A stretch of 61,129 nucleotides of DNA, counting the filler, from Sphacelaria rigidula (Eukaryota): the NCBI GenBank assembly GCA_964200075.2. It is 9 parts of 9 records of this genome, joined end to end, with 100 filler letters (N's around TTAATTAATTAA, not from the genome) between each part and the next. Parts side by side here need not be neighbours in the genome. Positions count along the whole stretch, not along the records: positions 6,805 to 13,508 come from CAXNAA020018508.1; positions 13,609 to 20,311 come from CAXNAA020018509.1; positions 20,412 to 27,114 come from CAXNAA020018510.1; 6 more parts are not named here. The stretch is one strand, 5' to 3'. This document shows positions 11,991 to 22,340 of the stretch, one piece after another. A program made the position numbers and the translations under genes. A model generated the notes under the pieces. That model ran no database searches. It had not been told where the DNA came from and was given only the letters and a program-made list of their open reading frames with translations. How positions within the stretch are numbered: the first letter of the stretch is position 1; each line of letters starts with the position of its first letter.

Positions 11991-13944
11991 GAGGTCGAAC
12001 GTGTGAGGGGCGGTGGATGTTGCGATAGTCAATCAATGAGCTTTGCATCGAGGTCATTGGCCGTCGGTAGGCGTCGTGGTTTCTTGGATGTACGCATCTA
12101 GAGACGGCGGGGATACATGGATAAAGGACAATCGCTACCGATAGATTGCGTACAAAGCCCGTGGATTGCTGCACGAAATATATCGAGAGGCACCTGCTGC
12201 TCTCCTGTATGATGCCCATCGACGGATGAATTTTGCCGTCTGATGCCACACACACTTGTGTGCAATGCGCATGTGGTGCTCCCTTGAGGTATGGGAGAGA
12301 GCGCCACCCCGAGAGAACACGTGGCGCGTATTTTTTTCTCGTTTTCTATCTGTCTCACTTTGAATCCGGCTCCCGGTCCTCAGGAGAGTCCGTGATATCA
12401 AGAGATATATTGCGTGTCCCCCCGGTACGCGCCTTGCACTTCGGGGTCGCAGATTGGATCAGCACTGCCGCACTGCATCAACTCACGTCAAGAAACCTCA
12501 GTCGACTACTTTGTTCACTCGCGTTCTCGCGCTCTCCACGGCGGAAATTGGATTCTACGAAGAAAATAGAAACCAACGCACCGGGAATCAAACTCCCGTC
12601 CTCGCCACCCTAACGGCGGCAGTCGGACCTCTACACCATCAGGGTGCGGCTGCTAAGCCATGTGTATGACAACACGAATCGGGAGGAAACAGCGAGGCCG
12701 TGACCGGCTGTAGGCTCAAACTCGACTATTGAGAGCTGAAACGACCTCAACCGTGGCACCCTGAGCCACTTCGCAGCTTTGAACAGTGTACCTTTCACAC
12801 CCTGGACACTGCAATATGTTTTCAATATATAGTAGTCGATCATATTGGAGTTTTACGATATGTTGCGTCAATATGTATCGGATATTATGAGAATGGTGTA
12901 CACTTGAAGAAAGATCCAGACGCGATGGATGCCGAAGCCCGTGCAGATTGGGATACACTTCGAAGGGAGCCGCAAAAGTTCGCCTGCATTGCTACGAAGA
13001 GTTGCCGAGTTCGTTTAGTATATATATATGTATTATATACTGGTCAGAACATATGGTGATAGAAGAGGCGACCCGGGTATATATGCCTTCTGATACCTAC
13101 CTGGCCACCGGTGCGGGGCCGCTCATACCCTCCACGGCATGTAATATATCTTGGCTAAACATCACGATGACAGAAAACACGGGTCGATATGCGTCTTTTG
13201 GTAGCCCTGTCGTCACCGTTGCTGTGTTGCTTATTCCCTGGACAAAACCATATATGTTCCAGTATGATACTACTACTTTGTATTGGAGACAGCGCCAATA
13301 TTGTCCTTTCAACATTTATTGTGCTGAGATGTCCTCGGAGACGTTGAATCAACAAGATCATTCCTCGTGTCATGATCGTGAAGTAATGCATGACAACATA
13401 TATCGGACATGCATCTGCTACGGGAGCAAAACATTCAACAGTGCATCCTGGAAAATGGGGTTCAAACAAAATATGGGGTTGAAGTGACATTTCTCTTTTG
13501 CAGGGAAGNNNNNNNNNNNNNNNNNNNNNNNNNNNNNNNNNNNNNNNNNNNNTTAATTAATTAANNNNNNNNNNNNNNNNNNNNNNNNNNNNNNNNNNNN
13601 NNNNNNNNGCTGTGTTGGGGCTACAGGCATAAGTGTCTTCCACCTCCCCCACGCCATACCAAATCTCAACCCCCCCCCCCCCCCCCCCCCCCCCCCCTCG
13701 CCCCGCCGATGGTCAATGGTCAAACAACTAAGGCGAGCAACAAATGAGTACGCCCCCCCCCCGCCCGTGCGCCATAAAAAATAATCGGTCGCCTTTTTTC
13801 TTGAATTTTCCGGGACTTGTGGCTGAACTTGACGACTTGACGGCTTGTTTCAGTGGCTCCATCTATCGTGACAAGATGCAACACCTTGTGGTCATTCGAT
13901 GGTGGTACAGTACAATGCAAGACGGCATCCACCATAGTGTGGCA

Positions 13945-14640
13945 AAGTATTTGAGGTCATGCTCAATCTACATAAGAAAATTGAGTTGAGTACAGAGAGC
14001 GACAGACGTCAAGAAACTCTTATTTTGAGCGAGGCTCGGTGTCTTATCTTCTGTCCGATTTCAGCAGAAATGCTTAAATCCAAATTCTCATTGTTCGGAG
14101 AGATGCAAAAAGCCGAATGCCTCATTTTGAACTTCTTATTCAAAAACGAGCCCACGCAATTCCCAACATCTGTCGCCCTCTGTATTGAGGTCATAACCTT
14201 ACTGAGAGTAATTCCCTCATATTTGGGTACCGTATTTGAGGTCGTACTCAATCTACCCAACTTTTGAATAGAGTATCGAGGTCATACCCAAGTGATAATC
14301 AATACTCAAGTATTACTGAGAGTGCTTACCCAATATTTGAGTAGAGAATTTGAGGTCATACCTAATCTACCCAAAAATCGAGTACAGTATTTGAGGTCAT
14401 ACCCAAGTGATACTCTATACTCAAGTATTACTGAGAGTGCTTACCCAATATTTGAGTACAGTATATGAGGTCGTACCTAATCTACCCAAAAATTGAGTAC
14501 AGTATATGAGGTCATACTCACTCTACCCGAAATTTGAGTAAGTGTTGCGGCCGTGACCAATCTACCCAAACGTTGGGTAGAGTAAATCCCCGGGTATTTT
14601 ACCCGAGTATTCAAAAGTGCATACTCCACTCGACCTGCCC
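13945..14640 (+). mobile_element. End of a DNA-transposon-like element with a subterminal tandem array (41-bp and ~73-bp units), copy 1
   Basis: Repeated GTATTTGAGGTCATACTCAATCTACCCAAAATTTGAGTA-type units, ending TATTCAAAAGTGCATACTCCACTCGACCTGCCC. The same terminus occurs at 20219. Confidence 0.75.
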
Positions 14641-14938
14641 TTGGACTGTTCCGATGTGCGGCCCGTAGAGTCGCTCATTTCGATAATACCTACCCGACTA
14701 CCCGGCTAATCGATTACCCAATGATGATGAGTAGTGCTTTGAACTGAAACTGATATCGCAGAGGTTGCGAGGTATAAAGTATGTAGGGCAATGGCCTAGA
14801 AAAGGTATACCTTCTCGTATACCGCCCCAAAAAGGTACGAAAAATGACCAGACACGCGAAAACAGCGAAACACATGGTCTAAACCGATTTCGCTCCGAAT
14901 TTTTCACGCACAGCGATCAGGGGGCTCCTCGGCACTCG

Positions 14939-15460
14939 TGTCATGAGATGAAGAGGCGTTTACGCTACCTCCTCCTCAGACCCGCAGGTCACAAGCATTG
15001 TACAGATATGGGATCTTTCTGTATAAAAGAAAAGTCACACAGAATCCCTCGGGTTCCGTGAGGAAGGTACACCGTGGGACAGGTACAGATCAGATTGGCG
15101 TTTTCCCCAGTCCCCGGGAGGCAACACGCCTCTCGGCTGTAGACGGTAGGACCGCGGAGAGGCATTGACCTTGCCCGTCTCTGTCACCACCTGCTTCGGA
15201 GTGATGCTGCGATAGGGTCAGCACTTTTGGGGCCAAAACCATCAACCGTTACAATGCCTCTGGTGATTACGGGTGAAGCTAGGAGCGAGAACCGTCAAGT
15301 TAATAAAGTGAAAACAAGCTTCCTATTTGATTTAACATGTACGAGAACCTGGTGCGCGGAGCATCGAGTGTGAGTTGACATTCGATATTGATCGTGCCCT
15401 TGTAAGACAACATGGACAGTTCTGGCCGATACAAGAGGTATCCAGCCTGTGACCTTGATA
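14939..15460 (+). mobile_element. Solo LTR inserted in the left TIR
   Basis: TGTCA...TGATA ends (TG..CA with one change). 4-bp TSD CTCG at 14935-14938 and 15461-15464. Absent from the partner TIR. Contains TATAAAA (~15023) and AATAAA (~15302). Confidence 0.75.
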
Positions 15461-15808
15461 CTCGGGCCTCGAAAAAAAAAAACGTTACTTGCGAGATATG
15501 GCCATGCGCAGAGGAACCTCTCGCCTCCACAAACCACTTGCTCTTTCTAGGCCATATTTCGGCCAGGTATACCTGATCTAGAAATTATTTTCCAATCGTA
15601 CCTTATCTGGGCCACCAGTCGGCCCAGAGAGTTCCTGTCCTGGGCCATAGCTTCCCACACTGAACCTGATGCAGCACACTGCGCGCAAGGGAATCTACGC
15701 GCCAACTCCAATCATGACGCCCTCACATTCGTTTTTTTATCCCGCCCATTTGCCTTTCACGAAGGCTACAACGACCTCATGCATGTTGCTAACCCTAACG
15801 CCACAACC

Positions 15809-16046
15809 ATCAACCGTGTTTGGACCGTACTCCCCACGATGGTATGTTTGTGGCACTTTTCCCCACTTTTCACTTTTTCGCACAATCGTGTGTTAGTGGC
15901 AGGTGTCCATTTATTTTATTTTCAAGTGGAAATGATGCCAATTCACTAAAAAAATATAAATTGGCATCGCTTTGACTTGAAAACAACACAAATAGACACT
16001 TGCACTGGCATACGATTGTGGGGGAAAAGGGTCCAAAAATGGTTGA
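15809..16046. mobile_element. Palindromic MITE
   Basis: TCAACCGTGTTTGGACC... is mirrored by ...GGTCCAAAAATGGTTGA. The central hairpin TTTCAAGTGGAAATGATGCCAATT / AATTGGCATCGCTTTGACTTGAAA is shared with the 16949 MITE. Confidence 0.6.
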
Positions 16047-16944
16047 CCTTTAGACGACGAGCGTCGCCTCGGAACAGTTGTACAGGCTGACAGTCCCGAG
16101 ACATCCCAGGGTTTTCAGGGCTCGGGGCGGGTGATTTTTTTTTTTTGGGGGGGGGTCTCTCCGCGGAGCATCGGAGAAGCTCACGGAGTCAACCATGTGT
16201 GTTTGGAAGTTTCTCGCGGAAAATTATGAGCCGTGAACGAGGCCTGAGTGGCGCGGGATAACCATTCTGACCAATCACGGTGGTCAAAATAAGCACTTTT
16301 GTTCCGGTAGAGGTAGACAGCTAGTAGACACATTCGCCGTCTACCCTCAAATCTCATTTTGATCATTCCAAATCAACCATAGATGTATAATCAAAAAGCA
16401 CGTGTTCGAGCATCTTCGGTACACGGTGTCTGTCTGTTTACAGTAGTACTGCATGAGCGTCCTACTAGCTCCACACCTCAATCTGGTATAAAACGTCATG
16501 GCGCAACACGCGAGCGGCGGCCACGAGTATCCTACGCACGTAAATCTAGACAAGTACTTCGACGGTGAGGCGACCGCCATGGCCGAGCAACCGCTCTACA
16601 GTAGTCAGGATCGTTCGCGGCGGTAGTCATGGTGCGATACCCAAACGCACGCTGCGACCACTCGGCACGTTCAACATTGTAAGATCCAGTACGCTGCAGA
16701 CCGCACGTGCAGCCGCGGCACGGTACACTGTAGACTGTACAGCAAAATATGAGGCGTAATGATCACATGGTCCACAACCACACCACCGTCTGTGTTATGA
16801 CTCTAACATCCATGTGCCTCTTATGCACTCCCGGTCCCTTCCGCCGTAGAGTAGGCATTTTGAGTTGTGACAAAGGAATGATTCTGAACCCAAAAAGTGG
16901 AGTGTCTACCTCAGTCTACCAGCGGGGGGGTCGCCGTCTAAGGG
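16047..16944. mobile_element. piggyBac-like non-autonomous element
   Basis: 14-bp TIR CCTTTAGACGACGA / TCGCCGTCTAAGGG (2 mismatches), flanked by TTGA and TTAA. Confidence 0.55.
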
Positions 16945-16948
16945 TTAA

Positions 16949-17160
16949 CCCTTTGTCCGCGAGGGTAGATAACCAGCTGAACAGCTGAATCGGCATCAAT
17001 GTTCGCTTGAAAAAAGCATGCATTATCCAGATGGACTACCAGCACCGCGGTCCAAGGGTTAACCTTCAAACTGTGAACGTAGTCCATCTGGACTATGCAT
17101 ATTTTTTTCAAGTGAAATTGATGCCAATTCAACAGATGACCTACTCTCGCTGTCCAAGGG
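16949..17160. mobile_element. piggyBac-like MITE
   Basis: TTAA|CCCTT...AAGGG|TTAA with long internal inverted symmetry. TTAA targets and CCCT..AGGG termini are piggyBac hallmarks. Confidence 0.75.
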
Positions 17161-17855
17161 TTAATACGAAACATGACACCAGCCCCAGATCGCAACGGCA
17201 CGATGTTACATAACACTCCGCAAGCGGAAAAGACCGACGCGTTGTGAGATGTGAGTCCAGTTCTTGTGTCGATGCGGAGAGACTCGGGAACCATTTCTGG
17301 GGAGAAATGGTTGTGGTCGTTGTAGCCTTCGTGAAAGGCAAATGGGCGGGATAAAAAAACGAATGTGAGGGCGTCATGATTGGAGTTGGCGCGTAGATTC
17401 CCTTGCGCGCAGTGTGCCGCATCAGGTACAGTGTGGGAAGCTATGGCCCAGGACAGGAACTCTCTGGGCCGACTGGTGGCCCAGATAAGGTACGATTGGA
17501 AAATAATTTCTAGATCAGGTATACCTGGCCGAAATTTGGCCTAGAAAGGGCAAGTGGTTTGTGGAGGCGAGAGGTCCTATATCTCGCGAGTAACATGGTT
17601 TTTTCTTTTAGTTTTTCGAGGTTCGGGTGCCGAGGAGCCCCCCAATTGCTGTGCGTGAAAAATTCGGAGTGAAATTGCTTAGGTTGTGTGTTTTGCTGTT
17701 TTCGCGTTTCTGGTTGTTTTTCGTACCTTCATTAGGCAAAATACGACAAGGTACGAGTATACCTTTTCTGGGCCATTGCCCAAGTGTGATTGTACTACCA
17801 TGGGTAGGGGCAGGTGAACTGGAGGAGGTACGTTCACGCACTTGCACGCTCTTTT

Positions 17856-18093
17856 CAGGGGTCTACACGTTACACGTTTACGTTCACGTTACGTTCATCA
17901 CGTTTATAAAATTCAACGTTCACGTTACGTTTCGTTCGGCACGTTGAAAAAAATAGCGTTACGTTAACGTTTCACTCGAGAATTTGACGTTACGTTCATC
18001 ACGAAAAAAAGTAACGTGCACATTACGTTCCGGCCGAAACGTAACGTGAACGTAACGTGTAACGTTGTGGCACGTGTAACGTGTAGACCCTTG
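17856..18093. mobile_element. MITE with ACGTT-rich subterminal repeats (hAT-like CAGGGG terminus)
   Basis: TIR CAGGGGTCTACACGTTACACGT / ACGTGTAACGTGTAGACCCTTG. Relative at 46328-46742. No clean 8-bp TSD. Confidence 0.8.
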
Positions 18094-18524
18094 CTTTCTT
18101 TTTTTGAATGGCCACCATTCGGTCATACTCATTGTAGCCCGTGATGTAACGTCGCTCATCTCATTGCTGGCCATCGTTCGCTCATATGTTCATCATACAC
18201 AAGTGATATTTTATACCCCGTGTTGTTCATTTTCAATATTATGGAAGCTTTTGTCACGGTGAGGTGTACGTTCTAGTAGATGAAGTCATGTTCCGCAGTT
18301 TCAATTATCTCGAGCTAAGACAGAAGGTCATCGTGGCAAGAGGGTTAGGTACTGTTAGCTTCAACAGCTCGCTTCACGGGCGATCGATGCTCCACATGGG
18401 AGAAGGCTGCATGACGCATGAAATTCGTTACAGCTCATGTCGCAAGCGGTTTTTGCTGAAAAGATGTCTGTATCCGCTAGAACAGGGCGAAGTTGGTGCA
18501 GGGTTCTTTAGATGCGGGCCCCAC

Positions 18525-19610
18525 TCTGTGCGAATCGGTCTTGAAACACACATGCTTGTCTCTTGTACATGAAATATGCTGTTTGCTGCTGTGTTCGACA
18601 CTGCGTACCAACCGCGGCGTTACGCCTTGGGCGGTACTACCTGCTCACTGCACAACGGCAGGGTGCAGGGTGACAAAGCACACCACAGGACGTCATATCC
18701 TCAGCGTATCCCTTTGCTGCATTGATTTCGCGCTGTCCTATGCAGTTCGCCACATCATGCACGCAACCGCTTGTATCTGCGGTCAACGCGTACGCGGGAT
18801 ATCACCCCTCGCTACGCCCTAAATTGCAACGACACATTTTATAAAGCTCTCCGTGTTGCAGCTAGAGCGTGCGTTTACCCCAGGTTGCGCACGCAGGAGT
18901 CAAAGGCCACCTCCGCTGCTGTAATGGCTGCCTGTATCTTGGGCGAAGCTGTACGGTAACACAGCCGCTATGGCGCGAAAGCCGCCTGTACCATTTCATA
19001 CCCTGGAGATTTTACACACTCTTGTATCGAAGTGTAGCGTTGCAGTTACCGACTCGAGTTCCGAGTGTTACACAACTTATAGTCGGCAATATATGATATA
19101 CTGTGCGCAGTACACTTTTTACATCGAGTTCGTACTGACTGTAAAACTCTTCGTCCAGAGTCTTGTACATTTCCACATATAATCGGGCGCGGTGAGATGG
19201 TGGGAAAATCCACAACATCTGAGCGAACTGCAGGTGAGGCAATCGCCAAAATATTCACCTGCAAACTCTGCTCCTGTGCATTGTAAGTTAATATCGCTAG
19301 AAGGACATTCCCACAATTACCTTGCCGGCTGCCGGACTGTCAGGATTTTGAATCCGCTAGCATTGCTTCTGTCTGTACGGGGATGTTGCCCACTTGTCGG
19401 GTACGTGGGAAAGGGTCCATGGCAGAACCCAGGGGTCGCGTGAGAGAAGCTTAACCTTGACTTGTCGAGCTTTTCGGACTGGCAAACGCTCAGGCTAGAC
19501 CCTCACATATATGGTGGGGCCTACATGCTGCTTCTTTTCTCGTTTGCTGCGAGCATTCATCCCTAACGGGGCGAAGATTGACGATGCAGCCGGAAGGATC
19601 CGTTGCGGTC
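18525..19610 (+). repeat. Unclassified interspersed repeat with vestigial ORF, copy 1
   Basis: Collinear with 37575-38755 (same strand) and ~58200-58710 (opposite strand), which lie in other contigs. Confidence 0.85.
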
Positions 19611-19864
19611 TGCGAGCCTGACCGAACTTGTATTTATTTTAATCATCAGACAGGAGGTGGTGAATAAAAATAGAATCTGGTGAGAATTATATCCACCGTT
19701 TCAATGTCTTGTGCAGCCACGGCTGCAGCTCCGACACCTTGCTCAAGTATCAATCATCACATCCTCCAAGTTTTGGCGTCATCACAAGCGAGATGCAGAT
19801 TTTCTTGGCGTCTAACATTCAAAAACACCGTCTCCATGACTTCGAAAAGGAATAACATGGTACC

Positions 19865-20219
19865 TGAGTATTACTGAGATGATTTACGCAATATTGGGTA
19901 GAGTATTCGAGGTCATACTCAATCTACCCAAAATTTGAGTAGATCATTGAGACCATACCCAAGTGGTACTCTATACTCAAGTATTACTGAGAGTATACTA
20001 AAGTATACTGCTAGTACTTAACCAATATTTGGGTAGAGTGTTTGAGGTCGTACTCAATCTACCTAAGATTTGAGTAGAGTTTTTGAGGTCATAGTCAATC
20101 TACCCCAAAGAATGAGTAGAGTATTGAGGCCCTACCCAATCTACCCAAATGTTGGATAGAAAAAATACCCGGGCATTTTACCCGACTATTCAAAAGTGCA
20201 TGCTCTACTCAACCTGCCC
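19865..20219 (+). mobile_element. Subterminal-array element end, copy 2
   Basis: Same repeat units and terminus (...CAACCTGCCC) as 13945-14640, followed here by TTAA. Confidence 0.75.
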
Positions 20220-20672
20220 TTAAGAAAATTTGCACTGGAGATGTCTTTTAGTACAGACTGGGCCAGCAAAGAGTGCCGCATTTGCATCTCCAACCATAAC
20301 TCGTCAAGTTTNNNNNNNNNNNNNNNNNNNNNNNNNNNNNNNNNNNNNNNNNNNNTTAATTAATTAANNNNNNNNNNNNNNNNNNNNNNNNNNNNNNNNN
20401 NNNNNNNNNNNCAAGGTCTGTAACGTCCAAATTTGAGGTTGCAGGCACCCCAGTGGCCACCCGTGTTGTATGAGTGGTGAACCGTATCCTGCTAAGATTG
20501 TTCCGCCCGAAGCGTGCTGATAATCTTGCATTTGGATGACAGCCTACAATGAGTTACTTGATTTTCTGGTATCACCACTTCCAGAGACAGACACGGCTTA
20601 TACACTGCCTTACGGGTGTCTCACCATATGAACACTACGTAGTACGATCATCCTCTTTGTGCGGAGTTGAGG

Positions 20673-21052
20673 TTCCACACGCAGCCACTCGGTTCCTCTT
20701 TGAAAATCCTCTATCGTGATTTTCGTCCTCTGGAGGGAAAAATGGCCCTCCGGACTGCTCCGGAGGATGAAACAGCACCTGCAAGTGTCGTCCAGAGGCT
20801 TGATGCGCGAACTCCAGGGGTGCATTTACACCCTGAAGAGTATTGTTTTCCCGAATTTTCCCAGAGGCACCCTCACTAAAATTGTGTGCTCAAGGAGATA
20901 ATGTGCCCTCTGGCGGCTTCGTTTACTGTCCACTCCAGAGGCATCATGAACCACCAGATGGAATTTCATTGAAAAAGAGGGCCATTTGTCCCTCCAGACG
21001 ATGAAAATCACGATAGAGGATTTTCAAGCAGGAGCCGAATGGTCGCGTGGAA
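20673..21052. mobile_element. MITE with ~75-bp TIRs
   Basis: TTGAAAATCCTCTATCGTGATTTTCGTCCTCTGGAGGGAAAAATGGCCCTC is mirrored by GAGGGCCATTTGTCCCTCCAGACGATGAAAATCACGATAGAGGATTTTCAA. Confidence 0.85.
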
Positions 21053-21647
21053 GATCTCCCACGCCGCATAACATGATCTAGCTCGACTACCATCATGGTT
21101 ACCGCAAACAAAGGACGCAAGCGCGCAAAAACAAATCGGTAACCTGGCTGCCCAGCTTAGGCATGTGGCGAAGTCACGCCGTCACGTTGAGTATATAGTG
21201 AATCCTGGATGATGACCAGGGGACAAGGGCATCCTGTGGATGATGACCCTTGCTGTGTAGCCCAGCCCTGAAGGTGCGGGGCTGCAAGTGTTCACTCCGG
21301 TAATGATAAGGTGCTGTGAAGGCTGAAAACTGAGACCTTGAGACCAGTGGAACTGGGGAGCCCCTCAACAGCATTTTAGACGCTGCAGTACTAGCAGCCT
21401 GCTAGCGTCACAATATCGATATTAGTGCTAATGCTAGGCGTGCTAGTAGGAGCTATCGTTTGAGACTGCCGAAATTTTCAGCAGGGAGACATCTGGACAG
21501 CTTGTGAGTAGTTTCGAGCATAGAGCTTCACGGACGCGTGAGGAGGCTTCAAGCTGAGGTAGCTGCAAAGGCGGCTGGCCCGTGATTGATCCAGACTGGA
21601 GACTTGCTGGAGCTGCGTACAGCGGGCGTTTATAGGACCCCAGGGCT

Positions 21648-22283
21648 GTGTGGAGCGGCGAAGAAAGCAGGTGTGACCTGAAGATCGAGAAGGTTCAGAA
21701 ATCTTCGATTTTCCGCTCGAGACTGTCGACTATCGCGGTACCGGCAATAAGGCCAGCAGAAACGACCGTAACCCGAGTCGTTCTAAGGGAAGAGTTGCGG
21801 CCGCCCAGTTACGGGAGTTTGTATTCTGAGGGGGCTTCTCGTTCATTTTACACGAAATACGTGGAATACAGGAGAAGGGTGGAGCATGCGAATGCGGGGG
21901 GTGCGGCAAGGTATCAGGTGGTATCCATGGCGAAACTCGCGCCAACCCCCCTCCAACGCGTTTCTGCGAGCAGATTCCATAAGAAACACACAATAACGCC
22001 ACCACAACTGGTTGCAGCGATCAGAAAGCACGCTGGGCATGCGGCTGGCCCTTGCCACTGTTGTGGCCGGGTCGGCCATTGCGCTCGCGATTGCCTAGCG
22101 TCTTCCGGTGGAAAGTCTGGGCAGTCTCATGCCGCGCGCCATCAGCATCCTCAGCACAAGGGGAAAAAACGAGGTAGTCGTGGTGGCGGCGGCGGCGGAT
22201 CCTCCAGCGGTGGAGGTGCACAGTCGGGTTCCCAGAAGCAGCAGCAGCAGCAGCAGCAGGGGCAGCGGCGTCAGCGGCGTTAG
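21648..22283 (+). pseudogene. gag: gag remnant with CCHC zinc knuckle
   Basis: CHCCGRVGHCARDC fits CX2CX4HX4C. It is followed by a Gly/Gln-rich tail and a frameshift. Confidence 0.85.
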
Positions 22284-22340
22284 CAGGGGTCCGGTTCTGG
22301 GTCCGGCTCAGGCGCAAAGGCTGCTGCTTCGCAACGGGCG

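Larger units (their letters stand above)
14786..17781. mobile_element. ~3-kb foldback-type non-autonomous element with ~460-bp TIRs
   Basis: The left TIR (14786-14938 plus 15461-15776, split by a solo LTR) is the reverse complement of 17315-17781. Termini GGGCAATGGCCTAGAAAAGGTATAC / GTATACCTTTTCTGGGCCATTGCCC. Confidence 0.88.

Noticed and set aside
12948..13487. 179-aa plus-strand ORF as a gene
   Set aside because: Non-ATG start, no recognisable motif or splice support; left unannotated.
14225..14580. CRISPR-like array
   Set aside because: Units are contiguous tandem repeats, the intervening segments are themselves repeated, there are no unique spacers or cas genes, and the context is eukaryotic TE.
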